A stretch of 64,000 bases of DNA, taken from NCBI RefSeq assembly GCF_009914755.1, contig NC_060935.1; one strand, written 5' to 3'. This document shows positions 42,587-64,000 of this stretch, piece by piece. Numbering within the stretch: the stretch's first letter is position 1; every line of letters starts with the position of its first letter. The notes under the pieces were generated by a model that was not told where the DNA came from, did not search any database, and saw only the letters and a list, made by a program, of their open reading frames with translations. The stretch is from the human T2T-CHM13v2.0 reference genome, Homo sapiens. A program made the translations under genes and the position numbers.

Positions 42587-43372
42587 AATTAGACACTGTT
42601 CCTGCTCCTAAGTCTTTGATAATCAAATGACAATTTCCCTCACAAACAATCCCACTAGCGTGCAAATTTACACCTACTTTGTGCCAATATTTTCTATAGA
42701 GAATCCCATTTAATCCATGCAATAACCCTAAAGGGTGAGTACAATGGTCCCCATTTTATAAATGGTAAGGGTCCAAGAAGCAAAGCAATTCAGTTAGCCA
42801 GCTTCTTACAGGCAGGCTCAGATTCAAACTCAAGATAATCTCCAAAGTCAACAGTTTTCCACTGCACCAAAGGGCCTCTGTGTTACATGGGCCAGTTAGC
42901 TCAGTAAGTTTCCCAAGCACACATCAGTGCCAGAAAGGACATGTGCTCTTCCACTAACGGAGAATCCATTCCCGTGAAATGCTAATGACTTAGTGTCAAT
43001 TCATACATTCATTCCTGTTTTATCGATCAGCCTTTTATGAGTTTGACCAACGAGTTCATTCATAAGGAAGGCTTGATCACTCTGAGTAGTTGGATAAAAA
43101 TCCAAATTCTGAACTAAAAGGAGAGCCAGCCCAAGATGCCAAGACCTCTTAGAGCTGTGTCCATGTTAATGACAACAGAAAAGGTCTTTGGCATCAACCC
43201 CCAACCCCAACATTTATAGACAAATAAAGCGAAGCATAGGATGGGACAGTGATTAAGCTGGGCTTGGAAGCCAGGGAAAGCAGTGTTTCCCAATATGTGG
43301 TATGCACAGCATGTGAGCACTCAAGATGGGTTCAGGAAGTAACATGGAGCAGTTTTTCAGGTTTCATAGTTA

Positions 43373-47321
<3,949 letters not shown>

Positions 47322-47508
47322 TCACTTTGGTCACCTCTAGTAATCCCTAACAGCCAGATTTAGAAGCATACCCACTTCTGGGCAATTTACAACACCAGGT
47401 GGATATCTCACACTATATACAAAATCAACTCAAAATGGATCAAGGATCTAACTATAAGAGCTAAAACTACAAAACTCTAAGAAAACACAGGCCGGGCATG
47501 GTGGCTCA

Positions 47509-47730
<222 letters not shown>

Positions 47731-47778
47731 CTACACTCCAGCCTGGGTGACAGAGCAAGATTCCGTCAGAAGGACAAA

Positions 47779-47934
47779 GGAAGGAAGGAAGGAAGGAAGG
47801 AAGGAAGGAAGGAAGGAAGGAAGGAAGGAGGGAGGGAGGGAGGAAGGGAAGGAGGGAGGGAGGGAGAGAGGGAGGGAGGGAGAGAGGGAGGGAGGGAAAG
47901 AAGGAAGGAAGGAAGGAAGGAAGGAAAGAAGGAA
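47779..47934 (+). repeat. (GGAA)n/(GGGA)n microsatellite grown from an Alu tail
   Basis: 12 consecutive GGAA (47779-47826), a GGGA tract, then 6 more GGAA. Confidence 0.95.
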
Positions 47935-48270
47935 ACACAGGTGTAAATCTTTGTGACCTGAGATTAGGCAATAGTTCCTTAAACATGACACCAAGATACA
48001 AGTGGCAAAAGAGAAAAATAGAAAATTGGACTTCAATATTAAAAACTGTTGTGCACTAAAGGACACCAAAAGAAAGTGAAAGACAACCCAATAATGGAAG
48101 GAAAATTTTTACAAATCATATGTAGGAGACTTATATCTAGAACATAAAGAACTCTTACATCTCAGTAATAGAAAGATAACCTAATTTTAAAGTGGGCAAA
48201 GGACCTGAATAGACCTTTCTCCAAAGATATACCAAAAGCCAATAAGCACAGGAAAAGATGCTCAACATCA

Positions 48271-48486
<216 letters not shown>

Positions 48487-48529
48487 TTAGCCGGGCGTGG
48501 TGGTGGACGCCTGTAATCCCATCTACTCA

Positions 48530-48820
<291 letters not shown>

Positions 48821-49023
48821 AAAAATATATATATATGAGAAATTAAAAATTAAAAAATTAAAATTAAATTTAAAAAAATGTAAAGGAGGCCAGGCACAGT
48901 GGCTCACGCCTGTAAATTCCAGCACTTTGGGAGGCCGAGGGGGGTGGATCACCTGAGGCAGGATTTCAAGACCAGCCTGGACAACATGGTGAAACCCCAT
49001 CTCTACTAAAAATACAAAAATTA

Positions 49024-49158
<135 letters not shown>

Positions 49159-49324
49159 TCAAAAATAAAAAAAAAATTTTTTTAAGAATATGAAATAGTG
49201 TAGCCACTTTGGAAAACAATTTGGTAGCTCCTCAAAATGTTAAACATAGTTACCCTTGCAACTGACCAGCAATTCCTAAGAAAAATGAAAGCATACCTCG
49301 ACATTAAAAACTTTACAAGGGCTA

Positions 49325-49583
<259 letters not shown>

Positions 49584-50432
49584 TCACTGAGTGAGAGACC
49601 CTGTCTCAAAAAAATTAAAAAAAAAAAGTCCAGAAGAACATTTGGGTCTCACTCTGTGGCCCAGGCTGGAGTATAGTGGCACAATCATAGCTCACTGCAC
49701 ATTCAAACTCCTGGCCTCAAGTGATCCTCCTGCCTTAGCCTTGAAATAAGCTTGGATTACAGATGAGCCACCACACCCAGCCAGACCATTATTCATAATA
49801 GCCAAAATGTGAAAACAACCCAAATCTCCATCAACTGACAAATGGATAAATAGAATGGTGGTTGATCCATACAATGGAGTATTTACTCAGCAATAAAAAG
49901 AAGTCCTGATACATGCTACAAGGATGAACCTCGAAAACATTATGCTAAGTGAAAGCAGCCAATCACAAAAGGCTACATATTACAAGATTCCATTTAAATG
50001 AAATGTTCAGAATAGGTAAATCTAACTTTTATCACAGGCAAAGCTATGACAGGAAATAGATGAGTGGTTGCCTAGTGCTTGGGGGCAGAGGTGGGGGTGA
50101 GGCGAGTGAGTACTGCTAATGGTACAGAGTTACTTTTGGGGATAAAGAAACTGTTCTGAAATGGACTCTGGTGATGGTTGCACTACTCTGAACATACTAA
50201 AACTGTTAAATTATATACTTGAAATGGGTGACTTGTGAGGCATGGAAATTATATCTTAATAAAGCTGTTTTACATATTTTACATATTTAAAAATGCAGGT
50301 GGAGGGATGAGCCCTCTAAAGAGAAGCAGGAGTTTGAGGAGGTTCTAAATATTGTGTGGTGGGTACTGAGGCATATAAATTTGTCAGACCTCATCAAAAT
50401 GTATGATGTAATCTTCAAGAAAGTTGATTTTA

Positions 50433-50738
<306 letters not shown>

Positions 50739-52135
50739 TTACATAGGGGACAGTGGCAGGTGTCAAGGGCAGGCAGGGTCTCTCCTATCTCCAGGATAAA
50801 CTCATAGGGGACTTAGATGCCATGTGGGTCCCTAATAGCCCTCCACTTGGTTCTTGCAGCCACTCTTATGTGTATCATTTCATGTCAGGCCTCTTCTTCC
50901 CAACCCACCCAGCCATCCCAGCCTGGCTGCCAACCCCACCTCCTCCAGCCCCTGTCACCCCATAATTGGGGCCAGGAGGCATGGGAGAGTCGCCATCTCT
51001 CGGTGCCATCTGTTGCATCTTTACAGATAACCATGGCTGGATGCGGCAGATCCTGGGGTGGAGCAGCCGCTGTTCAGAGCAGTGATCAAGACCTCCCCAT
51101 CTCCACCCCTCAAGGAATCGGTTTTCTTCCATAGCCACATCAGGTGCTGTGCAGGAAGGAGTTGAAACGAGAAGCCAGGAGCAACGAGAAGGACACTAAC
51201 ATTTATTAAGCACTGCAGACTCTCACAGCACTCCCACGGAATCGATATTATTATCCCCATTCTGAAGACCAGGCAACTGAAGCTCAATGTTTAAGGAACT
51301 CACCGAAGTCACCAACTGATAAAAGTGATGGAAGCTGGGATTCAAATCCAAGCTAAACTTCCTTCCAAGCTTACTCCACAACACAGAGGTTGGGGAAAGG
51401 GGATAAAAAGAGAGGGGAGCCCAATTCCATTTCCACCCAGCTCCTGAGGCGGAGCTTGTCAGCACAGCTCTCTCCTTCCCAGAATAGGAAGATACCCATC
51501 AGAGGCAAGTCCTAGACACCAGCAGTGGTAACTCCCTGCCCCAAGGCAGCTGCAGACAGCCTATGGCTGTAGTTACTGCTCCCAAAGAGTGTTAGAATTC
51601 CCACTCCCAGCTTCGGGGCCACTCACACAAGGTGATTGAAGTGGAAACCAGAGACTCTCCACAATGCCCTCCTAGAGTAAATGAGGCTATGTAACTTTGT
51701 CCAAATGAGTAATTTGAAAACCTGGGGGCTCCCAGCTCCTGAAAAGGGAAGGATGTGGGGCCCTTTATATTCATACTCCACTTTGTGCAGCTCTCCCTTG
51801 TCTTATGATAGCCCTATTAAGAAATTCCTCTCCCAGCACGTCTCCTTCAAAGAGCTCTAGACCTGAGGCTGTCAGAGGCTTAGGACTCTGCCTATTAGTC
51901 CCAGGGTCTGGATGACCAGCAGGACACCTGGCATTCAGTGACCACTGGATTAGATAAATGAAACAGTGGGCAGAGTGCCACCCAATCTCCCCCTGAAGTT
52001 TGAAGAGGTCGAGAAGTGAGGCTGTCCAACTGCTGACCCTGCTTTCTGTCCACCTGGCCACCTAACCTTTTCTGGCTTCCACCTGCCCCTTTGCCATCCC
52101 TCCCCCCAGCCCACCCAGCCCATTTTCAGGCATAC

Positions 52136-52289
52136 CTGGGCACGTGCTGGAATAGAAGCCCTCGTTCTTCAGAATGATCAACAGGGAGCCCCAGCCCAGG
52201 AGTACAGCAGAGAAGAAGAGGTTCTCCAGCACAGCCGTGCAGGCCATCCACCAGCGCCTCCGGTACGCCTGTTGCAGCGTGGGGGCCAT
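52136..52289 (-). CDS. SLC43A1: SLC43A1 first coding exon, CDS part ([14 protein letters not shown]...STCP)
   Basis: ATG at 52289 in gccagcATGG; exon acceptor gtgcag|G at 52302; donor CCA G|gtatgc at 52136; 154 coding nt. Confidence 0.96.
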
Positions 52290-52958
52290 GCTGGCCCCGA
52301 GCCTGCACAGAAACAGAGCGCTGGGTGAAGGGCCCCCCAGTGGCCCCAGGGAAGGGTCCTGCATCATGGTGGCACCCGAGACCTCTCGGGCCAGCCCGCG
52401 AGGAGCCCCTCATGGAGGCCCCATAGAGCCCTGGGCTTCCCAGCCGGTGCCAAGGAGCTGGCTCCGCGCGCACTAGCAGTGCCAGAGGTGCACGCGGCAC
52501 GGGGCTCCCGCTGAGCCACTATCGGAAACAAGGAAGGTCCTGTCTGCGCGCTGCAGCTTCCTAGCAGGCTGCCGGGTTCTCTCACCCAGGCCAGGGCGCT
52601 CAGGGCCGGGCTGCTGGGGAGAAAGTCCGCATCTGCCCAGGTCCCCAGAGGACAGCAAGGGGCAGAGCGCGCTCTGAAGCACCGCGGGCCCATGTCCGGA
52701 CTCTCGCGCCAGGAAAGACCCCTAGAAGCTGGCAGGAAGAAGGGCAAGTTCAAGGCTACCCTACGACCCCATCTTCCAGTTGCCCCTCCAAGACCTCTCC
52801 TTCCCTCTGGGGCCGGGCGACAGCAAGCCCTCCCCCTTTCCGTATCAGGTGACCCACGACCCTACAGTCTCTCGGGCCAAGCCAACAGCTGCCACGTGGA
52901 GGGAGACCCAGGACGGGCTCTCCTCGGTTCCCTCCTCCCCCGCGCGCCCCTCACTCAC

Positions 52959-53040
52959 TCCGCAGGGCTCGGGGCACCAGGCTTTGCACCTCGGAACCCG
53001 CTTGCCCCCCTCCAGCCCCGGGAGGGGGCTCGGACTTCGG
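52959..53040 (-). other. SLC43A1: Candidate alternative non-coding first exon 1b of SLC43A1
   Basis: TATAAAG about 30 nt upstream on -, and donor GGA|GTGAGT at 52959/52958. Confidence 0.55.
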
Positions 53041-53621
53041 CAGGAAGTCTGGCGGCTGCTGACTTTATAAGGGCAGCGGTGGCGGATGGGCTGGCGGGCG
53101 GGTGTGTTTACCAAAGGGAGGGAAAGAGCCCCAGCTCCCCCCGCCGCGGCCGCTGCAGCCTCGGCGGGAGGAGAGGGAACGCGGGCAGCGCGGGGGCGGG
53201 GAGCGACAACTGGGATGAGACCGAGGAAAGCGGAGAGGAGAAGGGCAAGAAAGACCCAGAGAGAGGGGAGGAAGTACCAGTCACTTCTTCCAGGGGGACT
53301 CGGTATTCTCATCTGTGAAACGGGGCTTTGGGTTCAAGCGCTCCAGGAGGTCCGCTGGAACTCTGGCAAACGCGCAGCTCTAAGCAGAGGAAGTGCAGCG
53401 AGCGGGGACCCGGGAGGAAGAGAAGAGTCGGAGGGGTCAGAGAAAAGAAAAGGGAAGGACGCGCTTGGCGAGATGGGACACTATGCCGCGGGACCGCGGG
53501 CGCAAGTAACGGTCTTTCCTTGGGAAGCCTGGCAGTGTCGGCGGGAGCCGGCCTCGGTGTCTCTCAGCCGACGCATAGCCGGAGACCCTACGCGCGCCCC
53601 CTCCCCGCCCACGCTGCTCAC

Positions 53622-53900
53622 CTCCGGTCACCGGCAAATGAGCAGCCAGCAGCTGCGGACGCCTCCGGGAGCGCAACGCTTTCGCGGCGCGTCCGGAGTC
53701 CCGTGGGCCCAGCCCTGAGCCGCGCCGGCGCTGGGGTCTTCTCTGCGTGCAGGACCCGGCCGCCACGGAGCTTCAGCCTGACAGCCCGGTGGCCTCGCCT
53801 CCGCTGTCTCCTCGGAAGAAGCGGGGGAACTGGGAACCCGCCGGGCGCCAGAGGTCTGCGAAGCTGGGCTTGGATGAAGTGGATCTGCGGAGTTGATAGT
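53622..53900 (-). other. SLC43A1: Candidate non-coding first exon 1a of SLC43A1 (5' end approximate)
   Basis: Strong donor GGAG|GTGAGC at 53622/53621 inside the CpG island, downstream of the GC box and E-box. Confidence 0.65.
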
Positions 53901-54639
53901 TGTATTTACACGCGTCCGGAGCTGCGCCCCGAGGTGGGGGCGGGGGCTCCCTTCTTTTCCCCTCCCCTTAGGTCGAGTTTCACGCGCACGTGACTCGCCC
54001 GCTGGTCCCGGACACTCTCCCTCTGGCACAGCCCCAGCACCTACATTTCCACCCTGGACCCCCATCTTCTCCCCCAAGCCCCCAGACTAACATCAGGCAG
54101 CGCCCTCTGTATCCTTGTTCAAAACAAAGTGCGATTCGGCTGAAGCCGACTGACCGCGATTCAGGGCCGCCTTGGGTGGGGTTTTGAACTGTGCAGCTGG
54201 AAGCAGTGTTTTCCGAGAGGCAGAGTGGCACGGGTTTCTTTGGAGTTAGTCAGATCGAGGTCTGAGTCTTGACTTTTTAACTGACTACCCTGGGTTACCT
54301 AGGGCAAGTTACCTCTCTGAGCCTCAGCTTCCTCCTCTTTAAATTCGGTTAAAATGGAACCTACCTAACTGCCCAAAGGAATCGCGATTGTGATGCAGGT
54401 AAAATGCTAAGCATAGCATTTGGCATAGTAAGCATAATGTTAATTGTTGCTGCTGTCATTATTTCAGAAGACCTGGTGATCGGATGCTTCCAGATCAACA
54501 ATTGATTGACTCCAGGTAAATCTCTCAGCCTCCCTGAGCCTCAGTATCCTCATCTGTAAAATAGACTACTATGGTGTGGAGTAATGAGAAGTAATCTCAT
54601 TACATGTGAGTTTAATTGTGTGTTAAGAGTGCTGCTAAT

Positions 54640-55088
<449 letters not shown>

Positions 55089-55559
55089 AATGACTACAGA
55101 AAGCTCCAAGAAGGCCTCAGATAAAAGGGAACCCCTGAACAGATGAGCCACCAAGCCAAGAGAGGAACTAATGGCTACCATAGACAGGGCACTTTCCAAA
55201 ATAAAAATACTGTTATTAATTCCTCAAGACATCATGGTCCCATTTAAACCTCATAGCTTTTCACAGAGGGAGAAACTGCAGGCTTGAAGCTGGAGCAAGG
55301 TTAGAGGTAGGATGCAGAGTCAGGTCGGCCTGGCATTTAAGTACGGCTCCTTCCATTCCTCCCAGAAGGAGAATGGCAAGAGCAAAGGCTTAGCTGTGGG
55401 AATGGCACAAGGAGTTCTCGGTGGCCAAAGCACATGTCAGGCTCTGATGGTTTAACTTCTTAAAATGCAATACTGCCTCCCAGAACTTCCAGATCAAGGT
55501 CAAACTCCTCAGCTCTACACAGGGGGACCTAGAGTCAACTTTCTAAGCTAGGAGAGTCA

Positions 55560-56943
<1,384 letters not shown>

Positions 56944-57424
56944 TAGGCTGGATTCAGGGCCTTGTCCACATACCCACCAAATACTCTGCTTACCTCTATG
57001 GAAGTCCCCACACTGATCTAGAATAATCAGCTTAGTTTTCTGCCCCCATCCCGCCCCATGAGATGTACATCTTGTGGGGGCAGGAACCACCACGTGGTAG
57101 GTGATTTGTGTGCCTGCTGCCTATCACAGGGCCTGGCGCCTAATAAGCTTGCGGCCAACATTTGTTGAATAAATGAAAAGGGAATGGTGGGAAAGGAAGC
57201 TGAAAAGGTAGGCTAAAATCAGTTTGGAATTACCTCTGGGAGGCCAAGGACTTTCAGTCTTGCAGGGTAGGTAACAGGAAACTCCTGGATTTTGTTTTCT
57301 TTTGGTTTTGTTTGTTTTTAATGAAGGGTAGCGTTATCGTCAGGTTTTTGTGTTTAATTAATGGAGCATATATTGGAAAGGACAGAGACCTTAAAGCAGT
57401 TAGGAGACCACCATAATAGTTCAC

Positions 57425-60015
<2,591 letters not shown>

Positions 60016-61066
60016 AAAAAAACAAAACAAAACAAAAAAAAAACCTTTGCGTGTGTCAGGCACTAGGGATTCGATGCTGAATAAGACACAGACCCTACCC
60101 TCAGAGAACACAGAGCCCAGCAGGAGAGAGTCACAGATGAATCAAGTGTTACATCATCTATAGGAAGCGCCATGGAAGAAAGACATGGTGCCATGAGAAC
60201 ATACGCTTAGAGAAGGGAATTTCATCTAGACTGGGGCTCAGGGAGGAATCTTTCAGGGTGATGCTTGTGCTCAGAGTTTTCCATGTCAGAATCAGTAGAA
60301 TTTATCAATCCTCCAGAGGAGGAAACAGCAAATGAAAAATCTTACAACAGGAGGATGCGGAGACATTCCGAGAGCTGATCAAGGGCTGGTGTGAACAAAG
60401 CACATAGGATGCAGAGCCTGTGGTGTGAGGTTGCAGCTGGAAAGGTAAAACACTAATTACATTGGATCTTCTGAGACAATAAAGAGTATGCAATAATCTC
60501 AAACGACCGAAACTGACCTTCCTCCTCCCTAACTTGCTTGCTTCCACTGTTGCCCGTATCATAAAAGCACCACCCTCTTCTACCCAGTGGCTTAAGACAC
60601 GAAACTCAAGTCATCCCAGGCTTTCTCCCCACCTCACTCTCCACATCCAGCCTATCAGCGAGCTTGTGGGTCCTACCACGTAAAGACTTCTCATCTCCAG
60701 CTACTACCATCCCCCAAGCCCAGATCACCATCAGCTCAGGCCTGGACTCCTGCAACCTTTCTAACCGGGTCTTCCCAATCCTACCCCCGCAACATGACCC
60801 CAATAGCCCATCAGAATGGACTAATCGAGATGTAGATTTGATCAGGCCACATCCCTTGAAAGGCTTCCTGTGACCCTCGGGGAAATGCACAAACTCCCAA
60901 TGATGGCCCCTGAGTCCTGTGCCATCTGGGTCTGCCCTCTGCCCTCTGTGTCTTTGCCATGGTAACCTCCTTCACACCCATTAATACTCCATGCTCTCTC
61001 CTACCTCAAGTTCTTCCTGGGCTGGAACATTCTCTGCACTAGCCTAGCCAACTAACCCTTTAGATC

Positions 61067-62830
61067 TTTTGTTTGTTTGTTTGTTTGTTTGTTTGTTTTT
61101 GAGACAGTCTTGCTCTGTTGCCAGGCTGGAGTGCAATGGTGCAATCTATCTCGGCTCACTGCAACCTCTGCCTGCCGGGTTCAAGCAATTCTTCTGCCTT
61201 AGCGTCCTGAGTAGCTGAGACTATAGGCACCTACCATCACGCCCGGCTAATTTTTGTATTTTCAGTGGAGGTGGGTTTTCACCATGTTGGCCAGGCTGGT
61301 CTCGAACTCCTGGCCTCAAATGACCACCCTCCTCGGCCTCCTAAAGTGCTGGGATTACAAGCATGAGCCACTGTGCCCAGGCAACACTTCAGATCTTAAT
61401 GATCATTTCCTTTAAGTGCCTGACCTCTTGTAGTAACTAGCCTGACTCCAGCAATGAATCCTTTTGCAATGTAACCTATATAACATCTGAGTTTCCCTTT
61501 GATAAAACTCATCATATATTTGTTCCTCTGACAGTTCAGAGGGCAAGGGCCTTTGCCCACCTTCCTCACCACTATCCTCTCACCACTTAACACAGAACTC
61601 ACCACCCACCATGCCTCCTGCCTGACAAATTCCTAACCATCCTTCAAATCTCACTCACCTATTACCTTCTGGGAGGCAGTCTTCCCTGAGCACCAAGACA
61701 ATGGGACACATTCCTTTATACACCCTGCTGAACATCTCTTTTTTGAGGGGCGGGTAGAGATGAGTGTCTCACTATGCTGCCCAGGCTGACCTCAAACTCC
61801 TGGCCTCAAGCGATCCTCCTGCCTTGGCCTCCCAAAATGCTGGGATTACAGGCATGAGCCACTGTACCTGACCGCAACTGGTTTAGATTTTCTATCTTCT
61901 TTGCCCCAGCACCTAAAACGATGCTTGTCACAAGACTCCTCTTAGGTCAGCCCACAAGAGCTCTTATGAAAATCTCTAAAACTGTGGCTGGCACAGTGGC
62001 TCACGCTTGTAATCCCCGCACTTTGGGAGGCCAAGGCGGGTGGATCATCTGAGGTCAGGAGTTTGAGATCAGCCTGACCAATAAGGTGAAACCCTGTCTC
62101 TACTAAAAATACAAAAATTAGCTGGGCATGGTGGCAGGCACCTGTAATACTGCTACTTGGAAGGCTGGGACAGGAGAATTGCTTGAACCCGGGAGGCGGA
62201 GGATGCAGTAAGCTGAGATTGTACCACTGCACTCCAGCCTGGGTGACAGAGCAAGACTCTGTCTCAAAATAAAAAAGAAAAAAAAAAAGAAAATCTCTAA
62301 AATTGCATGCAAAATTCTATGTGCATTCAGGAGACAGGCTGTGACTTTTGTCAGATTTTCAAAGAGGCCTAAGATCTGAAAGAAGAACCTTTTCCCCAGA
62401 TGCTGAAGGAGCTTTAAACAGCGCTGTCAACACAGACTTCTACTGTGAAAAACCATCCCCCTCTAGAATAGAAGTTCCAAGAGGGCAAGAATCAAGGATC
62501 TTTACCTATTTTTTTCTTTCTTTCCTTTTTTTTTTTTTTTTTTTTAATTGAGACAGGGTCTTTTTCTGTTGCTCAGGCTAGAGTGCAGTTTTGTGACCGT
62601 GGCTCACTGGAGCTTCAAACTCCTGGGCTCAAGCGATCTTCCCACCTCAGCCTCCTGAGCAGCTGGCACCACAGGCATGTGCCACTGTGCCCAACTAATT
62701 TTTTTTTTTTTTAGTTGAGACAGTGTCTCACTATTTTACCCAGGCTGGTCTCAACTCCTGGGCTCAAGCAGTCCTCCCACCTGGGCCTCCCAAAGTGCTG
62801 GGATTATAGATGTGAGCCCTATGCCTGGCC
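61067..62830. mobile_element. Alus (61067 -, 61740 - monomer, 61985 +, 62510 -) in L2-like background
   Basis: Alu motifs with TSDs such as aaaatctctaaaa and tctttacctatt. Confidence 0.8.
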
Positions 62831-62955
62831 TCTTTACCTATTCTGTTAATTGATGTATTCCAAGTACCTGGAATGGTGCCTGACACATTCTTGATGTAGG
62901 TGTAAAATGACTAAATATAGTCTCAGACAACTGAAACAGTTATGTACATGGTATA

Positions 62956-63552
62956 TGTATTGGTTATCTATTGCTGAGTAACAAATTATCCCAAAACATA
63001 GTAGCTTAAAACTACATGTATTATACTCTATCTCAGGAGATAGGGTATAGCTTAGCTGAGTGTTCTGTCTCAGGGTCTCTCACAAGCCTGCAAAGCATCA
63101 GCCAGGGCTGCCGTCATCTGAAAGCTCAAGTGGGGAAGGATTTGTCTCCAAGCTCACCCATATGATGAGTGACTCAGTTCCTTGCTGGGTAGAGGCTGCC
63201 CTCAGTTCCTTACCACCACATGGGCCTCTTCATAGGTCAGCTCACAACATGGATGCTTGCTAGCTTGCTTCATCAGAGTAAACAAAGGGAAGGACAAGAC
63301 AGTAAGAAAGTGAGAGAGAGGGAGAGAGAGAGAATGAGAGGAAGATCAAGAGAGGGAAACAAACAAGACAGACTTTACACTCTTGTAATTTAACCTTAGA
63401 AGTAGCATCCCATTACCCTTGCTGTGTTCTGTTTATTAGAAGCAAGTATCCAGGTGTAGTACACACTCAAGGGAGAGGATTATACACAGGCATGAATACC
63501 AGGAAGGAGGGATCATTGGAGGCCCCAGTGATCTTTGAGGTTGCCTACCACA
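62956..63552 (-). mobile_element. MLT1 (MaLR) solo LTR
   Basis: tgtattggttatctattgctgagtaacaaattatcccaaaac ... tgcctaccaca termini. Confidence 0.78.
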
Positions 63553-63766
63553 AGACATTTACAGAATGTTTTCTCATATAGCATCCAATTCATCTGGGCA
63601 CCCAGAGCAGAAGGCACACACCAAATGCCTACATGTCAAGCAGATGATGACAGCGAGGGAAGACATCAGTGATGGGAGGTTTGGCAGACAACTGAGCCTC
63701 TGCCCATCCACCATCAGGCTGTTGCCGAGCAGGAATGCAGGTCAACTGTTGTCAGATCTTCCAAAT

Positions 63767-64000
63767 TTTCTTTTTCTTTTTTTCGAGGCAGGGTCTTGCT
63801 CTGTCTCCCAGGCTAGAGTGCAGTGGTGCAATCTCATTTCACTGTAACCCCTGCCTCCCGGGTTCAAGTGATTCTCATGCCTCAGCATCCTGAGTAGCTG
63901 GAACTAAAGGCATGCACCACCAGCCCAGCTAATTTTTGTATTTTTAGTAGATACGGGGTTTCGCCATGTTGGTCAGGCTGGTCTCCAACTCCTGACCTCG
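63767..64000 (-). mobile_element. Alu, truncated by the window end
   Basis: Poly-T head and Alu body. Confidence 0.88.

Larger units (their letters stand above)
52250..54170 (-). promoter_or_regulatory. SLC43A1: SLC43A1 CpG-island promoter region
   Basis: High CpG density, GC box about 53936-53945, E-boxes CACGTG at 52893 and 53987, TATAAA on - at 53069-53064, FOX motif TGTTTAC at 53105. Confidence 0.85.

Noticed and set aside
52692-54077. 200+ aa ORFs in the SLC43A1 promoter island
   Set aside because: GC-driven stop depletion with no coherent protein features.

Overview
Human (primate) genomic DNA, Alu-dense, carrying two convergent protein-coding genes that I recognise from their translations (11q12 locus). 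On the + strand are coding exons 2 and 3 of RTN4RL2 (Nogo receptor 2, a GPI-anchored LRR protein). Its exon 1 lies upstream of the window; 482 nt + 750 nt plus a 31-nt exon 1 gives 420 aa. On the - strand is the complete SLC43A1 gene (LAT3 large neutral amino acid transporter): 14 coding exons from ATG 52289 to TAG 23303, all GT-AG with consistent phases, summing to 559 aa, plus a CpG-island promoter at about 52.3-54.1 kb with two candidate non-coding first exons. The rest is Alu, L1, L2, MIR, MER20, MER5, MER102-like, MLT1 and MADE1 repeats, microsatellites and a Y3 RNA pseudogene. Nearly all other ORFs in the track are Alu, low-complexity or antisense-shadow artefacts. I see no convincing new multi-gene system. 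The best leads are isoform and regulatory hypotheses: an NMD-escaping last-intron-retention LAT3 C-terminus, an in-frame upstream perfect-Kozak ATG, an intronic ATF4/C/EBP amino-acid response element, an internal promoter-like island, a spaced RE1 site in RTN4RL2, CTCF motifs and an orphan CpG island. Repeat boundaries and subfamilies were judged by eye and are approximate.
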